From an uncultured cyanobacterium (GTDB taxonomy: Bacteria > Cyanobacteriota > Cyanobacteriia > PCC-9006 > JAAUQQ01), in contig OY970368.1 of assembly GCA_963718615.1 (NCBI GenBank), positions 2,560,001 to 2,624,000 on the forward strand: a stretch of DNA of 64,000 nt, in the 5' to 3' direction. The notes under the pieces were generated by a model. The model was not told the origin of the DNA. It saw only the letters and a list, made by a program, of their open reading frames with translations, and searched no databases. The translations under genes and the position numbers were made by a program. Shown piece by piece: positions 47,471 to 57,063 of this stretch. Every line of letters begins with the position of its first letter. Position 1 is the stretch's first letter.

Positions 47471-49162
47471 CTAAAACTTGAATACAGTCAGCAGGGATCC
47501 CACCCAGGCATTGTTGTTTTGACTGCTGCCGTTAGGATTCGCTAGGTAGAGAACCTGCGGCTTGACCGTGATGCTGTCACTAACCTTAAAACCGTAGGCC
47601 GCTTGAAGCATGAAGGGTGTGCTATTGTCCTGCCGGGTCTTGACATCGCTGCTAGAGACATAGGGAGGAGCCCCAAAGGCTAGGGTCCCAAAATTTCCTT
47701 CCCTAAACAGATCAGGGAATCCTAGGGTGACAGCCCAGGTCATGATGTCAGCCTCATTACTAGTATCGAGCTGATTCACGTTTGACCAGCCATACCAGCC
47801 CGAGAGGTTGAATTTGGAGCTGAGTTTGTAGGATGCATTAATCCCGAAATTGTCAGCAGTGGTTGCTCCGGTTCTGCCAGGAGACTTGATAAAGGGTTGG
47901 CGTGCATTGAGCGTACCGCGATCGACCCCCGTCACAAACGCTCCATCTGGCGCATAGTTATGGGTATAGGTTCCTGCTAACGTCAAGCGGTTAGTGGGTG
48001 TAAAGGTGAGCTGTGTAAAGACCGTATTCGATCCCCCTGTCAAGCCATTATCATCACCGGCCCGACTGGCATCATCTCCAATCAACTGCCCCGCATTATT
48101 AGTCCGATTGTCAAAGGAGTTGGCCAGGTAGGCTGCCGCAACGTTGATGGAATTGGTGAGTTGAAAATTAAAACCTGCCCCTGCCCCTGTGCCGAACGGA
48201 CGCTTATAGGAAATGGGGTTGAACTTGTAAAAATCAGCAAATGTGTAGTTTTCGCTGAGGTTTGCCCTGGTCGGTACGATCACATCAGGTTCTAATCCCC
48301 GAGTTCCCACATAAACGCTGGCCTTGCCAATGGGAAACTTATACCAAAGCTCGTTGAGCTCAACATTGTTGCTGTTTCCGGGATAGCCTTCAAACAGGGC
48401 GGGCACAGCACCACTATCGAAACGCAATGCATAGGCTTCTTTATCACCAAATTGCAGACGAGTTCGGAGCAAATCTTTCCCCGTAAAGCTGGTGTTGAGC
48501 GCGAGGCGAACCCGAGCCCCCAGCGTAACTTCGTCTTGGGCATCATCATTCAACCCAGCGCCCGATTCTCCTGCAAAAGTACTACCCAGATCAAACCAAG
48601 CCAGACCCGATAGTTTGGTAGTGGTGGAAAATTGATTGGCTTCCAACTCAGCGGTGCGGGCTTCGAGCGCATCAACACGCCCCCGCAATGTTGCTAGCTC
48701 AACCTGAAATTCTTCTTGTAAGCGCTGTAGTACCGCAAGATCTTCAGCACTCACCAAGTCAGCAGTGGCAGAGGCAATCAGTTCGTTGACGCGATCCAAA
48801 CAGGCGTTCAAACCCGCAGCAAACTCATAACGGGTCATGGCCCGGTTGCCGCGATAGGTGCCGTCGGGATAGCCCGCGATACAGCCGTAGCGCTCAACCA
48901 AAGATTGGAGCGCTTGGAACGCCCAGTCGGTGGGTTGCACATCGCGAAGTTGGGAGACAGACGTGACTTGACTCAGCGACTCTTCAGCCGTTGCGGCGGT
49001 CATTTGGGTTTCGGCAGCATAGGCTCCAGATTGCGCTAGGGTGTCAGCAATCGACGGTGAATCGCTGATTGCTTGGGCAGAAGCCAAACCATTAGCGATC
49101 AACAAACCACTCAAAAAGGCTGGGGTTGCCAGGAGTGATCCCCAAAGTTTGCTTGTGCTCAT
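47471..49162 (-). CDS. Cyanobacterial porin (SLH + OprB-type barrel), copy 2
   Basis: Same SLH/coiled-coil motifs; TSFTGKD.L.TRL; terminal Phe. Confidence 0.95.
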   Translation of the reverse strand: MSTSKLWGSLLATPAFLSGLLIANGLASAQAISDSPSIADTLAQSGAYAAETQMTAATAEESLSQVTSVSQLRDVQPTDWAFQALQSLVERYGCIAGYPDGTYRGNRAMTRYEFAAGLNACLDRVNELIASATADLVSAEDLAVLQRLQEEFQVELATLRGRVDALEARTAELEANQFSTTTKLSGLAWFDLGSTFAGESGAGLNDDAQDEVTLGARVRLALNTSFTGKDLLRTRLQFGDKEAYALRFDSGAVPALFEGYPGNSNNVELNELWYKFPIGKASVYVGTRGLEPDVIVPTRANLSENYTFADFYKFNPISYKRPFGTGAGAGFNFQLTNSINVAAAYLANSFDNRTNNAGQLIGDDASRAGDDNGLTGGSNTVFTQLTFTPTNRLTLAGTYTHNYAPDGAFVTGVDRGTLNARQPFIKSPGRTGATTADNFGINASYKLSSKFNLSGWYGWSNVNQLDTSNEADIMTWAVTLGFPDLFREGNFGTLAFGAPPYVSSSDVKTRQDNSTPFMLQAAYGFKVSDSITVKPQVLYLANPNGSSQNNNAWVGSLLTVFKF

Positions 49163-49327
49163 GAATCTCCTCACACATGAATATCGGCGACAAAGGCATG
49201 GATGCTGGGCAACGCAAGTCTTTTGTCAGATCTTGATTGTTCTGAACTCTCAAAGATTAAGTGATGTTTAAGTGAGGGTTAAGAGAGCATTTGCGATCGC
49301 CGCATGTCCACGATGCACTCTATCCAT

Positions 49328-49357
49328 AAAAAAGAGGGAACTGCGGACAGTTCCCTC
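49328..49357 (-). terminator. Intrinsic terminator after porin copy 3
   Basis: gagggaactg-cgga-cagttccctc stem; T6 follows on the minus strand. Confidence 0.85.
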
Positions 49358-49390
49358 CAAGATCGTGTGAGTTAGAGCATCAAGACGCTT

Positions 49391-51043
49391 CTAGAAACTA
49401 AAGGTCGTCTTCACAGAACCAGCCCAGATACTGTCATTTCGGTCATCGCCATTGGGATTAGAGATATAAAACAATTGGGGCTGGATGGCAATATTATCGC
49501 TAACCGCAAAGCTGTAGAAAGCTTGGGCGGCAAGGGGCATATCGTCACTGCGACCTCTAAAGCTATTAAGATTACGTCCGCTAGTTACGTAGGGTGTCGC
49601 GCCAATCGCAAGTCCACCGTAGTTGCCTTCACGGAACAGATCAGGAAAACCAAGGGTTACTGCCCAGTTGAAGATATCGGCTTCGCCGGATCCCTCTTTC
49701 TCCTCAATCTGGGAATATCCAACCCAACCAGAAAGATTTAGCTTAGAGCTCAGCTTGAAGCCTAGAGATGCTCCGAAGTGATCGCCAGACGTTGCGTTGC
49801 GCTTCCCATCCAGGGGATCGTTACCGAAAGGACGACGCGCTAAATCAGTTCCTTTACGAACACCGGGGTTGCTTGCTGCCTCGGGGTCATAAGTTCGAGC
49901 ATAGGATAACGCGGCGACTAGTCTGTCAGTCGGTGTAAAAGTGAGTTGCACCGCAGCCGTATTGGATCCTCCTGTCAAACCATTGGTTTCACCAGCACTA
50001 CCTGCATCAATGGAGTCAGACATGTAAGCCGCAGCAATATTCAATTTCTCACCGATGGGAAGGCTGTAGCCAAAGCCAGCCCCTTGGTCGTGCTCATAAA
50101 TTGCAGGGTTGTGCTGAAACTCTTCAAGAAAGGCGTAGTTTGTCGTATAACTAACCGTCGTGGGGACAACGTTGTCAAAATCAACACCTAAAACACCTGC
50201 AAAGGCTCGACCAGAGCCTAGAGGAAAACGATAGTAGAGTTCGTCAAGCTGAAAATTCGTACCACCGCCACCGTCAACTGTGTTGCTGTCGTAGGTAATA
50301 TCAGCACCATCTAAACTACGGCCATTCTGAAAACGACCTGCATAACCCCCAAAATTTGCAGCAACTAAGCGAGTACGCAATTCATCCTTCCCAGTGAAGC
50401 TGGTTCTTAAGCGTAAGCGAACCCGGCCTGCTAGCGTAACCTCATCTTCAGCTTGGCTTCTGGTCACTGTTGCAGGATTTGCGGTTCTAGCAGCCGTTTC
50501 GCCTGCAAAAACGCTACCGACATCGAAGATCACTTGGCCTTGCAGCTTGGTAGTAGTGGAGAACTGGTTGGCTTCGAGCTCAGCGGTGCGAGCTTCGAGT
50601 GCGTCCACACGACCGCGCAGCGTAGCCAGTTCAGATTGGAACTCTTCTTGTAGGCGTTGCAGCACAGCCAGGTCTTCGGCGGTGACCAAGTCAGCCGTTG
50701 CAGACGCGATCAGTTCGTTGACGCGATCCAAACAGGCGTTCAAACCCGCAGCAAACTCATAACGGGTCATGGCCCGGTTGCCGCGATAGGTGCCGTCAGG
50801 ATAGCCCGCGATACAGCCGTAGCGCTCAACCAAAGATTGGAGCGCTTGGAACGCCCAGTCGGTGGGTTGCACATCGCGGAGCTGGGACACGGAGGTCACC
50901 TGGCCCATGGACTGACCCTCAGCGGCGTACTGATTGGCTTGGGCCAATGTGCTAGCATCTTGGGCCAGAACTGCATTCGTGACAAAGACAGACAGTAGTG
51001 CAGCAGGGGCTGCCGACAGAATTCTAACGGTCTTGAATTTCAT
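49391..51043 (-). CDS. Cyanobacterial porin (SLH + OprB-type barrel), copy 3
   Basis: Same motifs; terminal TTFSF. Confidence 0.95.
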   Translation of the reverse strand: MKFKTVRILSAAPAALLSVFVTNAVLAQDASTLAQANQYAAEGQSMGQVTSVSQLRDVQPTDWAFQALQSLVERYGCIAGYPDGTYRGNRAMTRYEFAAGLNACLDRVNELIASATADLVTAEDLAVLQRLQEEFQSELATLRGRVDALEARTAELEANQFSTTTKLQGQVIFDVGSVFAGETAARTANPATVTRSQAEDEVTLAGRVRLRLRTSFTGKDELRTRLVAANFGGYAGRFQNGRSLDGADITYDSNTVDGGGGTNFQLDELYYRFPLGSGRAFAGVLGVDFDNVVPTTVSYTTNYAFLEEFQHNPAIYEHDQGAGFGYSLPIGEKLNIAAAYMSDSIDAGSAGETNGLTGGSNTAAVQLTFTPTDRLVAALSYARTYDPEAASNPGVRKGTDLARRPFGNDPLDGKRNATSGDHFGASLGFKLSSKLNLSGWVGYSQIEEKEGSGEADIFNWAVTLGFPDLFREGNYGGLAIGATPYVTSGRNLNSFRGRSDDMPLAAQAFYSFAVSDNIAIQPQLFYISNPNGDDRNDSIWAGSVKTTFSF

Positions 51044-51304
51044 ATCGAATCGATTTCCTCACACCAAATCACCAAAGTTGTGTTCCGTCGCTGACCAACT
51101 CTTTAAGAGTCATAGCAGGTTCACCGCAGTCAGTGTATCTTGCTTGATCAGGAGCGAACGCACTACCTTAAAGCTAAGTCAGGGGTTTGGAGAATGCATG
51201 TTATCTAGAACACATGCATTTTGAATCAGAGGAAAGCGATCGCATAATCCCATACCACAGCCATCTCTAAGGCTTTTCCCCTTTAAAAAGCTATCCGCTC
51301 TTGT

Positions 51305-51478
51305 CGGATGTTTCTGCAACAGTGCAGCAAACGAAGACAAGAGCGGTCTAGTCGGGTCAGCTCAGGCTACGCCTGACTGCCGGGAGGAACTCCTAGAGTA
51401 CGGCCCCGGCGCACAGCCGGCCTTGGGCAACCTGAAGACCCGTGGTTGTACTACTCTCACTCATGGGCAACACCTCCG
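51305..51478 (+). ncRNA. ssrS: Probable 6S RNA (ends approximate)
   Basis: ~175-nt non-coding rod: cgga-tgtt pairs with aaca-cc-tccg; cgggtc pairs with gacccg; tcagg pairs with cctga. Resembles cyanobacterial 6S RNAs from memory; not confirmed with a covariance model. Confidence 0.65.
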
Positions 51479-51622
51479 CTTATGACTAAAGTTTTCAGTT
51501 TCAAGGGTGGACTACGTTCAATCTAGCATGGAATTTTTGAATGGGGGTCAGGGTTATAGTGTCATAGACTCCAAATCCTACCCCCACTTCAGCCTTGAGC
51601 TAGAGCAACCGTTGATTTGTAC

Positions 51623-52682
51623 TTACAACGCGTTACCACGGGGTAAGACTTCTTCAGGGAAGACAAATTTTTCGTGGGGCTGGTCTTGGGACGCCATCCA
51701 AGCGCGCATGCCCTCGTTCAACAAGATGTTCTTGGTGTAGAACGTCTCAAACTCAGGGTCCTCAGCAGCACGCAACTCCTGGGACACAAAGTCATAGGCC
51801 CGCAGGTTCAGCGCAATACCCACAATGCCAATGGAGGCCATCCAAAGACCTGTCACCGGCACAAACAGCATGAAAAAGTGCAGCCAACGCTTGTTACTGA
51901 AGGCGATTCCAAAAATCTGCGACCAGAATCGGTTCGCCGTCACCATCGAGTAGGTCTCTTCTGCCTGGGTCGGCTCGAAAGCCCGGAAGGTGTTCGCCTG
52001 CTCCGAATCTTCGAAGAGGGTGTTTTCCACCGTCGCCCCGTGAATCGCACAGAGCAGCGCGCCCCCCAACACCCCGGCCACGCCCATCATGTGGAACGGG
52101 TTCAAGGTGAAGTTGTGGAAGCCCTGCACAAACAGGATGAAGCGGAAAATACCCGCCACCCCGAAGCTCGGTGCGAAGAACCAGGAGGACTGGCCCAGGG
52201 GATACATGAAGAAAACGCTGACAAACACCGCAATCGGTGCGGAGAACGCGAGGGCGTTGTAGGGACGGACGCCCACCAGACGGGCGATTTCGAACTGACG
52301 CAGCATGAAACCGATCAGACCGAAGGCACCGTGGAGGGCGACGAAGGGCCAGAGTCCTCCGAGTTGAACCCAGCGAACGAAGTCGCCTTGGGCTTCGGGA
52401 CCCCAGAAGGAGCAGCAGGGAGTGACCCAGGGCATCGGCAGGGGTGGAAACCGCAACGGTGAGGAAGTTACAGCCTTCCAGGTAGGAAGACGCCAAGCCG
52501 TGGGTGTACCAGGAGGTGGCGAAGGTGGTGCCGGTGAGCCAGCCGCCCAGTGCCATGTAGGCACAGGGGAACAGCAGCAGACCTGACCACCCGATGAAGA
52601 CAAAGCGATCGCGCTTGAGCCAGTCGTCGAGGACGTCGAACCATCCCCGCTGCTCGCCCATGCGCCCTAATGCAATAGTCAT
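51623..52682 (-). pseudogene. psbD: Photosystem II D2 protein, monocistronic (psbD2-type) copy with +1 frameshift near 52406-52410 (possibly a sequencing error)
   Basis: [22 protein letters not shown] in one frame and WGPEAQGDF...EVLPRGNAL in another; span 1060 nt = 353 codons + 1; no psbC downstream. Confidence 0.9.
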
Positions 52683-52823
52683 TGCAGAGCTCTCCCGAGA
52701 GTGAATTATCAACAAATAAATAACGTGCCAAGGACAAAACGTCGCTTTTGGACTCCCCCGTAAAAATGATGAGGGGATGTCCATTATGAGAAAAAAGTAA
52801 CGTTTCTTTACCCTGGTGCTTTC

Positions 52824-52872
52824 ATTATAGAAACAACCCTCTGAATATTAAAGGAATTTAACGGATTGTTAA
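52824..52872 (-). promoter_or_regulatory. psbD promoter: TATAAT -10 box and HLR1-like (RpaB) direct repeat
   Basis: Minus strand TATAAT at 52829-52824; TTAACAAT-CC-GTTAAATT at 52872-52855, one mismatch per half-site to KTTACAWW-N2-KTTACAWW. Confidence 0.5.
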
Positions 52873-52990
52873 GATTTGCAAATATCTGTCTTGAGAGAGT
52901 GGTCAATCCTGTTTCGGCAGAGCCAATGCCAGAATGGCCCTGGAGTTGTTATGCTCATGAACTGGGAACCCCAACATAACGAGCCGTTTC

Positions 52991-53260
52991 ATGAACATTA
53001 TCGAAATTTCCTTGAAGTTCACGCCGATGCCCATGTCGGTCCAGCGGAAAGAGGTGGAAGATGCCCAGGCCATTTATCAGCAAGTGATCGACGCCATGAC
53101 GTCTGGTTCGCCTACCGTCCTAGAGCTGACCTGTGAGCATCAGCCAGAAAAGAAATTGGCTCTCGTGACCCGTGAAATCGCCGCTATCCAAATCTATGAA
53201 AAATCCGGGACGAGCATTGGTGGAAAGCGCCCTGGCTTTGCCTTTGATGTCGCTGGATAA
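52991..53260 (+). CDS. Conserved small hypothetical protein
   Basis: P.SVQRKE..DA...YQ...AM..G....LELTC...RPGF; first gene of an apparent operon. Confidence 0.75.
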   Translation: MNIIEISLKFTPMPMSVQRKEVEDAQAIYQQVIDAMTSGSPTVLELTCEHQPEKKLALVTREIAAIQIYEKSGTSIGGKRPGFAFDVAG

Positions 53261-53373
53261 AACAGGTTTGGTAGCAGATTGGGTCTAAAGACCAGATTGC
53301 GTCTGAAGCGCTAAACGTATCAAAGTGTCGATTCGAGCAGGTTCGAGCAGATTTACGTGGGTTTAAGGCAGCC

Positions 53374-54060
53374 ATGGTCGAAGACGTTGGTGTTCAGGTC
53401 CAGGATTTGAGCTTTCGCTGGGGAAACGGGCAACAGGTGCTGGATGCCTGTACATTAGCGGTTCCCCAGGGAGAGTTCTGGATGCTCTTGGGCACCAATG
53501 GCAGCGGCAAATCGACTTTGCTGCGCTTAGTGGCAGGTTTGCTGGCAGCGGAGGGGGGCAACATTCATGCTCGTGAACCGGTGGGATTTGTGTTCCAAAA
53601 TCCGGATCATCAGTTGGTGATGCCGACGGTGGGAGCAGACGTGGCCTTTGGCTTAGTTTCAGAAGGCTTGTCGCGTGCGGGGATACGCGATCGCGTTGCA
53701 GAAGCACTCGACGCCGTTAACCTGCTGAGCTTTCAACGACGGCCCATCTATGCCCTCAGCGGTGGCCAAAAGCAACGGGTGGCGATCGCCGGGGCGATCG
53801 CCCGTCATTGTGAGGTGCTCCTGCTCGATGAGCCCACAGCCTTGTTGGATCCCGATAGCCAGCAAGAGTTAGTGCAGCGGGTTCAGCAATTGGTCAAGCA
53901 GCGTGGTCTGACAGCCCTGTGGGTAACCCATCGTCTCGATGAACTGGACTATTGTGATGGCGCTTTTCTACTAGAAAAGGGCAAGGTCGTTGCCCAGGGT
54001 AATCCTGCTCCCCTCAAACAACGTCTTATGCAGTCTCAATACGATTCATCGGGAGTTTAG
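53374..54060 (+). CDS. ABC transporter ATP-binding protein (EcfA/CbiO-like)
   Basis: GTNGSGKST, VFQNPDHQ, LSGGQKQR, LLLDEPT. Confidence 0.92.
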   Translation: MVEDVGVQVQDLSFRWGNGQQVLDACTLAVPQGEFWMLLGTNGSGKSTLLRLVAGLLAAEGGNIHAREPVGFVFQNPDHQLVMPTVGADVAFGLVSEGLSRAGIRDRVAEALDAVNLLSFQRRPIYALSGGQKQRVAIAGAIARHCEVLLLDEPTALLDPDSQQELVQRVQQLVKQRGLTALWVTHRLDELDYCDGAFLLEKGKVVAQGNPAPLKQRLMQSQYDSSGV

Positions 54061-54195
54061 CGAGAGTTTCGCGGGAATCCAGAGGAAGTCTAGCGGGTAC
54101 TGAAACCCGTGGGTTCTCGGTACCATTCATGCTGAATTTGCCCAAAAATAACGCTAGACTACTGCTAAAGTCTTTGCGCGATCGCGTTTGCCACC

Positions 54196-54771
54196 ATGAC
54201 TGCCCCATCTAAACCTGCGGTGATGCTGGTCGATGGCTATAACGTCATTGGAGCCCATCCCCAGCTTAAATTCCTGCGCGATGCCGAGGGGCTAGCGGAA
54301 GCGAGGCGATCGCTGGTGGAGATCTTGGCAAACTACAGCGCCCTCCATAGCTATGAGACAGATCTAGTCTTTGATGCGCATTTTCAAGAGCAGCCCGGTC
54401 ATCGCAATCCGGTGACCCAGCATTTGGCTGTCGCCTATACCCAATTTAATCAGACAGCAGATAGTTACATTGAGCGGGCTTGTGCCCGCTTTTTTCGTGA
54501 AGATATACGCCGCTTTGAAAAACGTCTCATTGTCGCAACCTCCGATCGCGCCCAGTGGCTAACTGCAGTGGGCTATGGCGCAGAATGGATGTCCGCAGAA
54601 AAATTGATTCGAGACGCCTTCGTTTCCCAAGTGGCGGCCCAGCGTCAGATTCAGGGACAAAAAAAGCAACGACAGCGATCGAACAAACGTTTTCTGTCTA
54701 GTAGCTTGGACGAAACTGTACAGGACAAGCTAGCCCGGCTACGGCAGGACCTGTTGCGGCGAGGCAATTAG
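54196..54771 (+). CDS. NYN-domain (YacP/Rae1-like) ribonuclease
   Basis: LVDGYNVI, LVFDA, TADSYIE, VATSD. Confidence 0.88.
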   Translation: MTAPSKPAVMLVDGYNVIGAHPQLKFLRDAEGLAEARRSLVEILANYSALHSYETDLVFDAHFQEQPGHRNPVTQHLAVAYTQFNQTADSYIERACARFFREDIRRFEKRLIVATSDRAQWLTAVGYGAEWMSAEKLIRDAFVSQVAAQRQIQGQKKQRQRSNKRFLSSSLDETVQDKLARLRQDLLRRGN

Positions 54772-54842
54772 GCTAATTCTGGCCATAAACAGCCGAGAAA
54801 ACCACGAGCCTGGTTTTTTTCTGAAAAAATTGACCGGAAGGG

Positions 54843-54871
54843 TTGCCAAAAAAAGCAGTCGCTCCTATATT
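54843..54871 (+). promoter_or_regulatory. Sigma70-type promoter of tRNA-Asn
   Basis: TTGCCA-17 nt-TATATT upstream of the tRNA. Confidence 0.65.
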
Positions 54872-54884
54872 GATAAAGGCACAT

Positions 54885-54956
54885 TCCTCAGTAGCTCAGT
54901 GGTAGAGCGGTCGGCTGTTAACCGATTGGTCGTAGGTTCGAATCCTACCTGGGGAG
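54885..54956 (+). tRNA. trnN: tRNA-Asn (GTT)
   Basis: TCCTCAG/CTGGGGA acceptor stem, AGCTCAGTGGTAGAGC D arm, ctGTTaa anticodon loop, GGTTCGAATCC T arm. Confidence 0.97.
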
Positions 54957-54961
54957 TTTAG

Positions 54962-56014
54962 TTAAATCTGTTCATTCATCCAATCTAGGGTGCGGTTCCA
55001 AGCCCACCAACAGTCTGGGTCGTTCAGCTCGATCTGGTTTGCTCGGCTGCTGATATAGCCCACATGTCCACCCTGGGCCGTGAGTGCCAGCCGTAGCTGC
55101 GAATTGTGTTGGCTAACCCGTTGTAAATCTGGCACGATGCTGGGGTCAAAGAGCGGATCGTCTGCGGCATAGAGAATTAGAGCGGGTTTCTGGAGATGCC
55201 GGAGAAACTGGAAGGGGCTGCTGGCTTCGTAATAGTCTTTGACCGTAGAAAATCCCAGGCGTTCAATCACCAACTCCCGATCAAAGGCCAAGATAGAGTC
55301 CGCTCGGTCAATGGCAGCCAAATCAAACTGCTCAGGATGGGCGGCATGGAGTTGGTAGGCCAATTGCTTGAGGGATTGGGCAATGCGGCGCTCTAGATGA
55401 CGACCGAGGGGATGAGCCATCAAATAATGAAGCGATCGCCAAGCATCCAGATTGGGACAAACCACGGCCCCACCCCGAATCATTTCTGGCGTTAAGGCCA
55501 ATTTTGCAAGCAATTCAGCATCCGTCGCCGCTTTCAACCCCCAAAGGGCTAACTGTCCGCCGAGGGAATAACCCGCGAACCAGATGAGGGCAGGGCAACC
55601 TAGGGCGATCGCCTGGGCTGCAATATGAACAAAATCAGCGCCCTCATACAGGCCATCCGAGGTCAGCGTTGGCGATAGCTGGGCCGACCGTCCATGGGCG
55701 CGCCAGTCAAACAAAACTACTGCATAGCCTTGATGGTAAGCCTTAGTCCCGAGGGAGCGCAACATCCCCTGGTTCGACAATTCCCCAGTAATGCCATAGG
55801 TCGCAATCAGAGTGCCTTTGGGGTTTGGCGGAATAGCAATCCAGCCATGGAGGGGCACCGCATCCGCACCCAGCAGTTGGACAGAGCGATAGCTTGGCTC
55901 AGGAATCTGAAGGGTTTTCTGCCAACGGCTATTGGTGACTAGGGCTGCGTATACCGTCATGGTCAGACCATAACCTAATCCTCTCGGCGGCTGATAGAGC
56001 CAGTCTGAACCCAT
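54962..56014 (-). CDS. YheT-family alpha/beta hydrolase
   Basis: DWRAHG, GYSLGG, DYYEASS, AADDP, GGHVGY. Confidence 0.88.
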   Translation of the reverse strand: MGSDWLYQPPRGLGYGLTMTVYAALVTNSRWQKTLQIPEPSYRSVQLLGADAVPLHGWIAIPPNPKGTLIATYGITGELSNQGMLRSLGTKAYHQGYAVVLFDWRAHGRSAQLSPTLTSDGLYEGADFVHIAAQAIALGCPALIWFAGYSLGGQLALWGLKAATDAELLAKLALTPEMIRGGAVVCPNLDAWRSLHYLMAHPLGRHLERRIAQSLKQLAYQLHAAHPEQFDLAAIDRADSILAFDRELVIERLGFSTVKDYYEASSPFQFLRHLQKPALILYAADDPLFDPSIVPDLQRVSQHNSQLRLALTAQGGHVGYISSRANQIELNDPDCWWAWNRTLDWMNEQI

Positions 56015-56307
56015 GGGGAATAATTTTTAGAATTGTTAGCGTTAAATTTAGCGTTAAGTGGGGAAAAAGAATTTCACAAAATGACAGCTATGTTACATTT
56101 ACCTTCGCCTTCTTAAAAAGAGTAATATAAGTTGTTAAAATTAAACACGCTTACAAAACCTCACAAATCTATCGAAAGCGTTAAAGTCTGGAGAGAGTTC
56201 AGATCCTGATCGATGGCCAAGTTTTAACATCGTCTACAGAAGAGTTTTGTTGAAATAGTTTGGATTTTAAGCGCGCGCGATCCGTCTGTTCCTCACCAGG
56301 GAGTCCC

Positions 56308-57063
56308 ATGAAGCCTCGTATTCTTGTCATTGACGACGATCCTAATATTTCAGAGCTGTTGGCTCTAAATTTGGAGATGGCAGGTTATGACGTTAGCCGC
56401 ACGGATGATGGACTGAAGGGACAAGCTTTGGCGGTCCAGTTGGTACCCGACCTAATTTTGCTTGATCTGATGCTTCCCCGCGTCGATGGCTTCACGGTTT
56501 GTCAGCGACTCAGACGAGATAAGCGAACTGCCGATGTGCCGATTCTGATGCTGACGGCCCTGAGCCAAACCCAAGACAAGGTTGAAGGGTTTAATGCCGG
56601 GGCAGATGATTATCTGACGAAACCCTTCGAGCTAGAGGAAATGCTGGCTCGGGTCCGCGCCTTGCTGCGACGCACTGATCGCATTCCCCAGGCTGCGAAG
56701 CATAGCGAAATTTTGAACTATGGCCCCTTAACCCTGATTCCAGAGCGGTTTGAGGCGATTTGGTTTAATCAAACGGTTAAGCTCACCCATCTAGAATTTG
56801 ATTTGCTCCATTGTTTGCTCCAGCGCCACGGTCAAACCGTTTCTCCGCAGGAAATCCTCAAGGAAGTCTGGGGGTATGACCCCAACGACGACATCGAGAC
56901 GATTCGGGTGCATGTCCGCCACCTGCGCACCAAATTAGAACCCGATCCGCGCCATCCCCGATTTATCAAAACGGTTTATGGAGCGGGTTATTGCCTAGAG
57001 CTGCCTTCGGAAGAGCGGGTCCACTCGGAAGAAGAAGAACCGGTGCTAGACCAAATCCGCTAG
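56308..57063 (+). CDS. rpaA: Circadian output response regulator RpaA (OmpR family)
   Basis: [65 protein letters not shown]. Confidence 0.93.
   Translation: MKPRILVIDDDPNISELLALNLEMAGYDVSRTDDGLKGQALAVQLVPDLILLDLMLPRVDGFTVCQRLRRDKRTADVPILMLTALSQTQDKVEGFNAGADDYLTKPFELEEMLARVRALLRRTDRIPQAAKHSEILNYGPLTLIPERFEAIWFNQTVKLTHLEFDLLHCLLQRHGQTVSPQEILKEVWGYDPNDDIETIRVHVRHLRTKLEPDPRHPRFIKTVYGAGYCLELPSEERVHSEEEEPVLDQIR

Noticed and set aside
46606-50914. Diversity-generating retroelement TR/VR pair
   Set aside because: No reverse transcriptase in the window; the repeats lie in conserved N-terminal coding regions of paralogues
51295-51480. Cobalamin riboswitch upstream of the porins
   Set aside because: No recognisable GGGAA / GCAACTGT / B12-box core on the minus strand; a 6S-like rod fits better
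51500-51622. psbC following psbD
   Set aside because: No CP43 reading frame after RGNAL*; this is the stand-alone psbD copy
51674-52462. Long antisense/shadow ORFs (this one opposite psbD; also 17021-17785 and 25044-25613)
   Set aside because: Fully overlap well-supported genes; expected from codon bias; no motifs
54885-54962. tRNA-Asn as an island integration site
   Set aside because: No integrase or duplicated tRNA 3' end seen; flanks are ordinary genes
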